From Coleofasciculus chthonoplastes F2-STO-03 (GTDB lineage Bacteria; Cyanobacteriota; Cyanobacteriia; Cyanobacteriales; Coleofasciculaceae): 46,367 nucleotides of DNA. The notes under the pieces are model-generated. The model did not search any database and had not been told where the DNA came from. It worked only from the letters and a program-made list of their open reading frames with translations. The DNA is taken from assembly GCA_040222015.1 (NCBI GenBank), contig JAVJWO010000175.1:1-46367 (forward strand). Reading direction: 5' to 3'. Positions 30,612 to 39,447 of the stretch are shown piece by piece (within the stretch, counting starts at the first letter, position 1; every line of letters starts with the position of its first letter). Position numbers and translations under genes: made by a program.

Positions 30612-31178
30612 ATGGGCAGAACCCTAGACAACAAAAAGGAAGTCGTCGCTGATCTCAAGGAACTCTTGAGTGAATCTCAACTCGCTATCGTCATTGACTA
30701 CCAGGGACTTTCTGTGGCGCAAATTACCGATTTGCGGAATCGGCTGCGTCCCACAGGCACAGTCTGTAAGGTCACAAAAAATACCCTGATGCGACGGGCG
30801 GTTGAGGATGATGAAAACTGGAAACCCATGACCGAATTCTTGGTCGGTTCCTCCGCCTTCATGTTAGTCAAAGACGACGTAGGCGGTGCAATTCGGGCAT
30901 ATCAGGACTTCCAGAAAGCCACCAAAAAAACCGACTTCAAGGGTGGCGTAATGCAAGGTCAAGCCCTGAGTCAAGACCAAGTTAAGGCGATTGCCGACTT
31001 GCCGTCTAAGGAAGAACTCATCGGACAGGTTGCGGGGGCGATTAATTCCATCGCCACCAAACTGGCTGTGGGTGTTAACGAAGTACCTGCATCTTTGGGT
31101 CGCAGTGTCAACGAGATTCCTGGGTCACTGGGTCGCGTTTTACAAGCGCTCGCCGCTCAGAAAGAAGGTGGCGATTAA
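30612..31178 (+). CDS. rplJ: 50S ribosomal protein L10
   Basis: DYQGLSV...LRNRLR...KNTL, LPSKEEL. Confidence 0.97.
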   Translation: MGRTLDNKKEVVADLKELLSESQLAIVIDYQGLSVAQITDLRNRLRPTGTVCKVTKNTLMRRAVEDDENWKPMTEFLVGSSAFMLVKDDVGGAIRAYQDFQKATKKTDFKGGVMQGQALSQDQVKAIADLPSKEELIGQVAGAINSIATKLAVGVNEVPASLGRSVNEIPGSLGRVLQALAAQKEGGD

Positions 31179-31204
31179 TCCCAACCTGGACGGTCAAAAC
31201 ACTT

Positions 31205-31246
31205 GCCCTGAGCGTAATCGTTACCCTGAGCGTAGTCGAAGGGTAA
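31205..31246. repeat. CCCTGAGCGTAGTCGAAGGG-type small dispersed repeat, partly duplicated
   Basis: CCCTGAGCGTA occurs twice; hairpin TTACCCT...AGGGTAA. Confidence 0.65.
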
Positions 31247-31277
31247 CACGTAAACAATCAAACAAAGGAGTTTATTC

Positions 31278-31682
31278 ATGTCTGCTACAACCGACGAAAT
31301 TTTGGAAAAGCTAAAATCCCTGACGTTGCTCGAAGCGTCAGAATTAGTTAAGCAAATCGAGGACACCTTTGGTGTTAGCGCGGCCGCTCCTGCGGGTGGC
31401 ATGATGATGATGCCCGGAATGGCAGCGGCTGGTGCGCCCGGAGCTGCGGCGGAAGAGGTGGAAGAGAAGACGGAATTTGATGTCATCTTGGAAGAAGTTC
31501 CCGCTGATAAGAAGATTGCTATCCTGAAAGTCGTGCGAACCATGACTGGGTTGGGACTCAAGGAAGCCAAAGATATGGTCGAGTCTGCGCCCAAGCCGAT
31601 TAAAGAAGGGGTAGCAAAAGAATCCGCAGAAGAAGCCAAAAAGCAGCTTGAAGAAGCTGGTGCTAAGGTTTCCGTGAAATAG
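31278..31682 (+). CDS. rplL: 50S ribosomal protein L7/L12
   Basis: [22 protein letters not shown]. Confidence 0.98.
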   Translation: MSATTDEILEKLKSLTLLEASELVKQIEDTFGVSAAAPAGGMMMMPGMAAAGAPGAAAEEVEEKTEFDVILEEVPADKKIAILKVVRTMTGLGLKEAKDMVESAPKPIKEGVAKESAEEAKKQLEEAGAKVSVK

Positions 31683-31736
31683 AACTCTGTCGGGGCAAGT
31701 CATGAATTGCCCCCACAATCGATACCTTGAATTCAT

Positions 31737-31774
31737 CCCCCGGATCAACACGAACGGGGGGTTTTTTCATTTTT
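31737..31774 (+). terminator. Putative intrinsic terminator after rplL
   Basis: CCCCCG...CGGGGG stem followed by T runs. Confidence 0.55.
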
Positions 31775-31828
31775 GGGTTGTTGGTGGAGACATATAGCCT
31801 TACTAAGGCAGGTTAGGACATTTTCTAC

Positions 31829-31924
31829 TGTTCCCTGTTCCCTGTTCCCTGTTCCCTGTTCCCTGTTCCCTGTTCCCTGTTCCCTGTTCCCTGTTCCCTG
31901 TTCCCTGTTCCCTGTTCCCTGTTC
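31829..31924. repeat. Perfect heptamer STRR array (TGTTCCC) x13.7
   Basis: 96 bp of uninterrupted 7-bp periodicity. Confidence 0.95.
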
Positions 31925-32240
31925 AGGGAATTCTCATCCGGAAAAAATAAAAAAAAATGTGACAGTTAATCAATAGTCTACTGGCTGATCACAAATTATG
32001 AAAAGCTAACTATAATTTCCCATTCTTTTAATAATATTTACCTTTGTTTCTATGTTTATGGAAAAATTTAACAAAAAAGAATCAAAGGTTTTTCCTGAAA
32101 AGCTTAATCCTTAAGATGTCTAAGGATTCTTCGTAAATTCATTTATCAAAAAATCGCTAAACCTGGAACATTGACTCGATTAAAAACGACTTGAATAGTA
32201 ACAACGCAACACTACACCCTACCTATTGATGGATGTTACT

Positions 32241-32771
32241 ATGAAACGCAACCTTAAGTCTTTTGTTACCTTTTCAACCCTAGCCGCTACCGCGATCGCG
32301 CCTGTTTTATTATCGGCTGATATGGCGTCTGCCAAGCCCACGGGAACTGATGCCAACTATATCGGTGCTGGTGTCGCCGCAGGCGTGACCAACGGTGGAG
32401 GAGATAATGATGCCGCAACATTTGGCGGGAATATTCAAGGTCGTGTAACGACTTCAAAAGCGCCAGTTTCTCTGCGCGGTGCTGTTCTATTCAGCGATGA
32501 TACCAGCGCCATTATGCCAATTGTTTCCTACGATGTTCCGGTCACCAATAATGCTAATGTTTACGTTGGTGCTGGATATTCCTTCGTTGAAGAAGACGGA
32601 CAACCGACCCCATTAGGAAACAAAAATGCGCCTGTGGTAACCGTCGGTGCTGAAGCTCAATTTGGTCGCAACATTGTGGTTTATGGCGATACAAAACTCG
32701 GTATCGAAGCCTACGAAGATAGTCCAGCGTCTGCGGTTAGTATCCAAGCGGGTGCGGGTTACCGCTTCTAA
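32241..32771 (+). CDS. Secreted outer-membrane beta-barrel protein
   Basis: Signal peptide ending MASA, alternating beta-strand pattern, C-terminal AGAGYRF. Confidence 0.78.
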   Translation: MKRNLKSFVTFSTLAATAIAPVLLSADMASAKPTGTDANYIGAGVAAGVTNGGGDNDAATFGGNIQGRVTTSKAPVSLRGAVLFSDDTSAIMPIVSYDVPVTNNANVYVGAGYSFVEEDGQPTPLGNKNAPVVTVGAEAQFGRNIVVYGDTKLGIEAYEDSPASAVSIQAGAGYRF

Positions 32772-32797
32772 ACAATGACGCTCTGGTGAACTAACCC

Positions 32798-32827
32798 TGT
32801 AGAGACGTAGCATGCTACGTCTCTACA
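32798..32827. repeat. Palindromic GTAG REP TGTAGAGACGTAGCATGCTACGTCTCTACA
   Basis: Perfect palindrome; relatives near 11460, 27433-27458 and 42458-42482. Confidence 0.85.
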
Positions 32828-33005
32828 CTACAGATTTTTCTGTTCAGGAATAATATTTAATAAAAATTCATAAAGATAACCCCATAAAAATGACGGATAT
32901 CTTTACCATAAAATTACAGCCAAATTTGTTTTCAGAAATACAAAGCGGTTAAACTTGAAATAGAAAAGCAGCGTAACCTAATAAAAAATTATTGAGGTAA
33001 AGATC

Positions 33006-33125
33006 ATGACTACTGAACTCAGCCAAGTTTTATCGATGATTTTGATCGTTTCTGTTTTCTCAATTGTTCTGTCACCCGTGTTGTGCTGGATTCTTCCCAA
33101 CCGCACTCCCAAAAAAATCGTGTAG
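33006..33125 (+). CDS. Putative 39-aa single-TM small protein
   Basis: GAGGT RBS; MTTELSQVLSMILIVSVFSIVLSPVLCWILPNRTPKKIV*; shorter than any ORF in the track. Confidence 0.55.
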   Translation: MTTELSQVLSMILIVSVFSIVLSPVLCWILPNRTPKKIV

Positions 33126-33372
33126 GAGGGGTGTTGAATCAGCTATCAGAGTCTTTAACGCTACATCAACAGGCTCTCAACATCGTTACTAGCAGGTACG
33201 AGCAAGCAACGCATTCATCAGGGTCATTTCATGAAACTTATAGGTCTATTAGCCCACCGTCTCCCGGTGGGTTAATTGTTGATTTGACCTAAAATGTATA
33301 AAAATCGCCCGACTTGTCAGAGTATAGTGGGAAGAACATTACGTTTTGGGAGCCATTCTCGGAACGCCACCG

Positions 33373-36300
33373 ATGTATCACAAGCTCAAACAGCTCTGGC
33401 TAGCAATTACCAACCACCAAGGCGATAACCATCCGCGATCGCCTAATTCTCCTCTGCAAACTCCTATCCCCCTGTTATTTTACCCTGAGACTCAATCCCC
33501 AGCCGACAACTCAGACGAGATCCAGGAATTAAAACAGATCAATCAGCAACTGCGGCGCGAGATTGCTGAACGAGAACAGGTTGAACAGGTATGGCGAGAG
33601 CGAGCGGCTTATTATCGTAACATTGTCGAAAATGCCAATAGCCTGATTTTACGCATCGATACTCACGGCAAAATCACCTTTTTAAACGAATTCGCCCAAC
33701 AGTTTTTTGGTTACCCGGAAGCAGAAATCTGCGGACATTCTGCGGCGGGAACCATTATTCCAGAAACCGAGACATCGGGACGAGACTTGACCAACCTGAT
33801 CCAAGACATCATCCAACACCCGGATCAATACCGCTACCACGAAAACGAAAATATTCGCCGGGATGGGAGTCGCGTTTGGGTAGGGTGGACGAATAAAGCG
33901 CTGATGGATGAATCGGGACAAGTAGCGGGTATTCTCTGTATTGGTCACGATATCACCGAGCGTCATTTAGCTCAAAACGCCCTGCGCTTGATGAATGAAC
34001 AATTGGAACAGCGAGTTGCTGAACGCACAGCGGCGTTAACCATAACCAATGAGCAATTGCGTCAGGAAATTACTGAACGTCAACGGGCGCAGGAGACAGA
34101 ACAGCAGTTAATCGCGTCACTGCAAGCGGCGAAAGACCAGTTACAAGCGATTTTAGATGCTGTACCCGGATGTGTATCCTGGATGGGGACAGATTTAAAG
34201 TACCAAGGTGTTAACCGTTATCTGGCTAAGACATTCAGATTATCCGCCGCAGCATTTGTGGGGAAGGAACTGGGGTTTATGAATTCCACCCCCGGATTTA
34301 AGGACTTTATTGCCCAGTTTTTTGCTAGTCCCCTCCAGGAAGCCAAGCGAGAAATTGAAACCTTGATTGGTGATAACTGTCGGTATTATTTATTAGTTGC
34401 CCAGAAATACCAACAGGGTCAAGCGGCTGTCTGTGTCAGCGTGGATATTACTGAACTCAAGCGCACGGAAGAGGCGTTACGGTTGAGCGAGGAAAAGTTT
34501 GCTAAAGCCTTTCGCTGTTGTCCAAATTCGATCACGATTAGCACGTTAGCAGATGGACGGTATATCGAGGTCAACGAAACCTTTATGCGGTATTCTGGGT
34601 ATGAACGCCAAGAGGCAGTTGGTCGCACCGCTGAGGAATTGAATATCTGGGTGAATCCTGAGGATCGCGATCGCATGGTTCATAGCCTACAGCACAACGG
34701 TACGATTACGAACCAAGAATATGAGTTTCGCACAAAATCGGGCGAGATTTTAATCGGTTTGCTTTCCGCTGAGATTATTAATTTAAGGGGAGAACGTTGC
34801 TTACTAGCCCTCACCCATGATATTACCCAGCGTAAATTAGCAGAACAGCGTCTCAAAGAGAGTGAAGTTCAATATCGGGCAATCTTTGAAGCCACGACGG
34901 ATGGCTTAATTATTAGCGATTTAGACGGACAACTGGTGGAGGTGAATCCAGCCACGTGTCAAATGCATGGCTATTCCTATTCAGAGTTTATCCATCTTGA
35001 GCCCGAACGTTTTATTCATCCGGACTCCCATTCAATATTTTACGAGTATCTTACTGCTGTCAGACAGGGGGTTCCCTTTCAGCGGGAAGCGGTGGATTTG
35101 CGTTCCGATGGTACGCCGTTTCCCATTGAGGTACGGGGAACCGGGTTTATGTACAAAGGGAAACCCCATCTTTTAGCCGTGGTGCGGGATATTACGGAGC
35201 GAAAGCAAGCCGAAGCCCGGTTACGAGAAGCGGCTGAACGCGATCGCTTGTTGGGAGAAATTGCGGCTCGAATTCGCCGATCCTTGGATCTGAATGAAAT
35301 TCTGAATACGACTGTGGCAGAAGTGCGCCAGTTCCTGCAAGCGGATCGGGTTCTGATTAGTTATATGGATGGGACGATGCATGGCAAAGTTGTGGCGGAA
35401 TCCGTGGCGGATACTTTTCCCTCTTGCTGGGATTTAGCGGTGGAAAATGATGAGTATTTTCAGGAGTTAATTGCTTTATTTGAACATACTGATGTGCAAG
35501 TTATTAACGATACCGCTCTTTTGGAAACGTCCCCGGAACGCGCCGAATATTTGGATCAATTTCAAGTGAAAGCAGCATTAGCCGTGGCGATTGTCGTGGA
35601 TGAGCAAATGTATGGCTTATTAGTGGCACATCAATGCACAAGTCCGCGTCAGTGGCAACCCTTGGAAGTGGATTTACTGCGCCGTCTAGCGACACAAGTA
35701 GCCATTGCGATTAAGCAGGGACGATTATACCAACAGCTTAGCGAACTGAATACGAATTTAGAGCATCAAGTCGAAGAAAGAACGGCACAATTGCAGCAAA
35801 AAATGCAGGAACTGCAAGAACTGAATCAACTCAAGGATGTGTTCTTACATGCGGTATCTCATGATTTACGTACACCCGTGATGGGGATGTTAATGGTGCT
35901 GAAGAATTTACTTAATAGTTACTCCTCTCCTGAGAACCAAGAATTCCAGACATACGACAAAAAACAACAGACAATTCCTGTCTCGCGTTCTATTGTAGAA
36001 CGGATGATTCAAAGTAGCGATCGCCAGCTTAATTTAATTAACTCGTTATTGGAAATTCACGCGGCTGAATCTTATGGGATTCCCTGTGAGTGCGAACCCT
36101 TGCAATTGAGTCAACTCATTCAAGAAATTTTGACAGAGTTGCAACCGTTATTGGCAAAAAATCAAGTGACGTTGACCAATCAAGTTCCCGATGATTTACC
36201 CTTCGTGAGTGCTGACGCCAAGCAATTGTGGCGAGTGTTTGAGAATATAATCACTAATGCGATGAAACATAACCCGCCCGGAATTCACCTAACCCTGAGT

Positions 36301-36555
36301 GCGACGGTGGTGGAGGATACTGTTGAAGGGGAGAAAGTTCGCTGTGCGATCGCGGATAATGGGGTAGGGATGGATCAACAGCAGTGCGATCGCCTTTTTG
36401 ATCTCTACTATCGCGGCGCTTCTTCTCGCAGTTTAAGTGGTATTGGCTTAGGATTGTATCTGTGTCGGCAAATTATTAAAGCACACGGCGGCGAAATTGG
36501 CGTGATTAGTTCTCCAGGAGAGGGAACAACATTTTGGTTGACTTTAATTAAGTAG
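33373..36555 (+). CDS. Cytoplasmic multi-PAS/PAC + GAF sensor histidine kinase
   Basis: Four PAS/PAC units (DITER, DITEL, DITQR), GAF (ADRV...LLVAHQC..PRQW), H-box VSHDLRTP, N/G boxes NAMKH, DNGVG, GIGLGL; the start could be TTG 33346. Confidence 0.92.
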   Translation: MYHKLKQLWLAITNHQGDNHPRSPNSPLQTPIPLLFYPETQSPADNSDEIQELKQINQQLRREIAEREQVEQVWRERAAYYRNIVENANSLILRIDTHGKITFLNEFAQQFFGYPEAEICGHSAAGTIIPETETSGRDLTNLIQDIIQHPDQYRYHENENIRRDGSRVWVGWTNKALMDESGQVAGILCIGHDITERHLAQNALRLMNEQLEQRVAERTAALTITNEQLRQEITERQRAQETEQQLIASLQAAKDQLQAILDAVPGCVSWMGTDLKYQGVNRYLAKTFRLSAAAFVGKELGFMNSTPGFKDFIAQFFASPLQEAKREIETLIGDNCRYYLLVAQKYQQGQAAVCVSVDITELKRTEEALRLSEEKFAKAFRCCPNSITISTLADGRYIEVNETFMRYSGYERQEAVGRTAEELNIWVNPEDRDRMVHSLQHNGTITNQEYEFRTKSGEILIGLLSAEIINLRGERCLLALTHDITQRKLAEQRLKESEVQYRAIFEATTDGLIISDLDGQLVEVNPATCQMHGYSYSEFIHLEPERFIHPDSHSIFYEYLTAVRQGVPFQREAVDLRSDGTPFPIEVRGTGFMYKGKPHLLAVVRDITERKQAEARLREAAERDRLLGEIAARIRRSLDLNEILNTTVAEVRQFLQADRVLISYMDGTMHGKVVAESVADTFPSCWDLAVENDEYFQELIALFEHTDVQVINDTALLETSPERAEYLDQFQVKAALAVAIVVDEQMYGLLVAHQCTSPRQWQPLEVDLLRRLATQVAIAIKQGRLYQQLSELNTNLEHQVEERTAQLQQKMQELQELNQLKDVFLHAVSHDLRTPVMGMLMVLKNLLNSYSSPENQEFQTYDKKQQTIPVSRSIVERMIQSSDRQLNLINSLLEIHAAESYGIPCECEPLQLSQLIQEILTELQPLLAKNQVTLTNQVPDDLPFVSADAKQLWRVFENIITNAMKHNPPGIHLTLSATVVEDTVEGEKVRCAIADNGVGMDQQQCDRLFDLYYRGASSRSLSGIGLGLYLCRQIIKAHGGEIGVISSPGEGTTFWLTLIK

Positions 36556-36645
36556 GTGGACACAATTAAAGTTAGCGGTGGAGATTAGGGAACTCTTAAC
36601 AGGGAACACACAATTTAAATGCGTTTTAGCTTAGTCCGCCTGCAC
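36549..36645. mobile_element. Degenerate MITE (TAAGTAGGTGGAC...GTCCGCCTG) that supplies the kinase stop codon
   Basis: 22-bp identity with 9633-9654; imperfect inverted end near 36634-36642. Confidence 0.5.
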
Positions 36646-36650
36646 AGACA

Positions 36651-37142
36651 TTAAAGGGAAAGCTTTACAAGTGCATCTTTGACGGCTGACGGCAATTGTC
36701 GCAGAATCTTGCCTTTCTCCCGGTCAACAGCAACTAACGTCACCCGACCGGTTACATAAAGTTCTTTACTATCGGGCGATTGAACCTGGTAATCCCAATA
36801 GATGCGAACACCGTCCATATCTGTCATCCGGGTTTTGACAATAGCGGTTTGACCCATGCGAAGCGGACGGTGATAACGCACAGAGAGGTCAACCACGGGT
36901 AATTCACATCCCATCGCCACTAAATCAGCATACTCAATGCCGATAGATCGTAAGCATTCCACCCGTGCTTCTTCCATCCAGGTTATATAACTACCATGCC
37001 AAACCACACCCGCATAATCGCTGTGGTGAGGATGCGCCCGCACCGGATATTCATACCAGTGTTCGGTTGTGGCGGTTAACGAATGACTTTGGATGGCGCT
37101 GGTGGGTGGAAGTTGAGCTGAAGATTGAGAGTTGTCAGACAT
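36651..37142 (-). CDS. Acyl-CoA thioesterase (YbgC/4HBT hotdog family)
   Basis: HHSDYAGVVWHGSYITWMEEAR. Confidence 0.88.
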   Translation of the reverse strand: MSDNSQSSAQLPPTSAIQSHSLTATTEHWYEYPVRAHPHHSDYAGVVWHGSYITWMEEARVECLRSIGIEYADLVAMGCELPVVDLSVRYHRPLRMGQTAIVKTRMTDMDGVRIYWDYQVQSPDSKELYVTGRVTLVAVDREKGKILRQLPSAVKDALVKLSL

Positions 37143-37299
37143 AGTATTAAACTAAGCGAGAACGTAACTGTTTCACTACCTAGATAACACAGGAGTAACC
37201 GTAAACCGCAAGCGGGAATAACCGATACATTCAGATTAGATTTAGAACAATAGCTTAGTTTTACGGTTTGTTAATGACCTGTTTTTCTGAGTTTCCATA

Positions 37300-37737
37300 C
37301 TATGTATCCTGAGCTGTTTTTCGTGGACGCCCTCCTCGCTTACCATTCTGGCGAGCTGCTCTTGCTTTAGCTGTTGAAGTTACAGAACCTCCTCTACTAC
37401 CTAATTCAGCCATCCAAGCCTTAGTTCCAAATATTCCGAGTATTAGGGATGGAATACTGAGATCAACATCTAGTGTTTCCCAGTGTAGACCTTCACCGGA
37501 TGGTGTTAATTCAACTTGCGCCAAGTCATCCGGGGAGGCATCGACTAACCCTTGAACTAATTCTGGGGGAAACAAAAAACTAGCTCCATTTTGGAGTTCA
37601 ATAACAGTTCGACCAGATTTGCAATCATAATGAACAGATTGAGCGCGTGGTTCAGAAGCATCGGCAACTTGTGCTGCTGATCTTGCTTGGGCGATCTCAT
37701 CCTTTAATCTTTCTTCATTCAGATCTGTATTTTTCAT
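37300..37737 (-). CDS. DUF2442 domain protein
   Basis: GEGLHWETLDVDLSIP..GIFG and basic tail KARAARQNGKRGGRPRK. Confidence 0.82.
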   Translation of the reverse strand: MKNTDLNEERLKDEIAQARSAAQVADASEPRAQSVHYDCKSGRTVIELQNGASFLFPPELVQGLVDASPDDLAQVELTPSGEGLHWETLDVDLSIPSLILGIFGTKAWMAELGSRGGSVTSTAKARAARQNGKRGGRPRKTAQDT

Positions 37738-37771
37738 GATTAGGCTATGTTTTCTAAAGAGTAAGTGTTAG

Positions 37772-38275
37772 AACCCCTACTTGGAGTTGCCAGACCTGTG
37801 GCATCAAGTCCATAATCGACTTATTGTCGCGATCGCAGATGCCATTACTCCTCAAATCGTTCCTAAATATCGGGTGGCGATTGAGGAACGAATCTATACC
37901 AGCATCGATGACTCGTTACTCTTAGGAATTGCGGATGTGGCGGTTTCCCGTCGAGACTCCACCCGTACTGGTGCAACAGTAACGGCTACCCGGTTAGCTG
38001 AACCCACTCCGGTTAAAGTTCCTGTACCGGAACAGGTTACTGAACGATTTCTGGAAGTCAGATCAACCCAAACGGGTGCTGTTGTCTCTGTGATAGAAAT
38101 ACTTTCTCCTAAAAATGAACCTATTGTAGACCTACAGCAGTTAGTTAACGATATCTATGAGCGTGCTAGATTTGACCTAGCAATTGATTACTCCCAACCC
38201 GTCAAACCAGCCCTTGCACCTGAAGACGCAATCTGGGTTCGCGAAATTTTGGCAAGCGCGATCGCAGATAAATGA
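37772..38275 (+). pseudogene. DUF4058 (PD-(D/E)XK-like) remnant, 5'-truncated and internally deleted
   Basis: NPYLELPDLWHQVHNRLI is preceded by an in-frame TAG instead of the usual MPxPFPGM; IEILSPKN is joined directly to EPIVDLQ, missing the family's central segment. Confidence 0.7.
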
Positions 38276-38495
38276 AATTGATGTCTAAGGGTCAACCTCC
38301 TTCTATTTCCCCACACCTTGCATCCTCTTTAGCTATCTTGTCACCCCTTGAGGGCGATCGCCCCAGGGAATTGTTGTGGCATTGAGACCACTCAATTTAA
38401 CCGCTCAAATGCATAATTGGCATTTGAAAATGTAACTTAAGAAAATTTTTTTTTGTTATACTTGTTTTAAGTACAGTAAAAATTACAATAAAACG

Positions 38496-38963
38496 ATGTC
38501 ACTAAACGTTGAACTGCTGGAAACAAGCTTTAACAAAGTCAAGCCCCACGCCAATGAATTTGCCTCTAGCTTTTATAGCAACTTGTTCACAACTTATCCC
38601 GAAGCCAAGCCTTTGTTTGCCAACACTAACATGAAAGAACAAGGCAAAAAGCTGTTAGCTTCTTTGGTCTTAGTTGTCGAAAATATTCGTAAACCCGAAG
38701 TCTTGAGTGATTCTCTCAAAGGCTTAGGGGCGCGGCACGTTAAATACGGTGCACTTCCTGAACATTATCCCCTAGTTGGGAATGCTTTATTAATGACCTT
38801 TGAGCAATTTTTAAAGGATGATTGGACTCCGGAAACTAAACAAGCTTGGGTTGATGCTTACGGTGCAATTACCGAGATTATGCTTGAGGGTGCTGACTAT
38901 TCCGCCGACGTTCTGAATCTTGATAATCAAACAAGGGCGGATAAAATGAAGCCCGATTATTAA
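38496..38963 (+). CDS. Single-domain globin (flavohemoglobin-type globin domain)
   Basis: FYSNLF..YPE..LF, QGKKL, LGARHVKYG..PEHYPLVGNALL, AWVDAY. Confidence 0.9.
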   Translation: MSLNVELLETSFNKVKPHANEFASSFYSNLFTTYPEAKPLFANTNMKEQGKKLLASLVLVVENIRKPEVLSDSLKGLGARHVKYGALPEHYPLVGNALLMTFEQFLKDDWTPETKQAWVDAYGAITEIMLEGADYSADVLNLDNQTRADKMKPDY

Positions 38964-39199
38964 CCGCAAGATGAACGATTAGAAAGGATGTTTTCTGGGT
39001 CGGTTCTGGCAGTTTGTGATCAAAAAGATAAAAGTAGTAATTAAGCCACAAACCTTGCCCATCCTAGTTTTTAGCTATCCTTCTCTAGGTAAACATTGTA
39101 GGGGCGACCCGCCGTACCCAATCAACAGAACCTAACCCTTAATTTTACTGGGTCGCCCCCCGCTGAATAGGTGGTGAGGTGAGGGGGAAATGGGGGAGA

Positions 39200-39360
39200 T
39201 AGGGGCGAGTCAATATAGGTATAGCAGTGCGCTCTAGCGTAGTTACAGTACAAGTGATATAAAAGCCTCCTGATAAAGCCTCCATTTCTAATGTGTAAAC
39301 ATACAAGCGCTCAGTGCTATAAGTCTTACACCAACTACGATGTGCAGCGACTCGCCCCTA
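39200..39360. mobile_element. Nested repeat: TATAGCA...TGCTATA MITE (39220-39321) inside a TAGGGGCGAGTC...GACTCGCCCCTA REP pair
   Basis: 12-bp outer inverted repeat and inner TA-flanked inverted ends. Confidence 0.6.
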
Positions 39361-39447
39361 CAACCACGATAATCCTATCCTGATCATCTTGATCAGCTTC
39401 CCCATCTCCCTCATCTCCCTCATCTCCCCCATCTCCCCCATCTTCTT

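Noticed and set aside
28633..31751. Several antisense ORFs over nusG and rpl genes
   Set aside because: Shadow frames of highly conserved, codon-biased genes
35240..35720. Kinase GAF domain as a cyanobacteriochrome photosensor
   Set aside because: The bilin-binding Cys-His position reads SPERAEY and the DXCF position reads DEYF; no canonical chromophore cysteine
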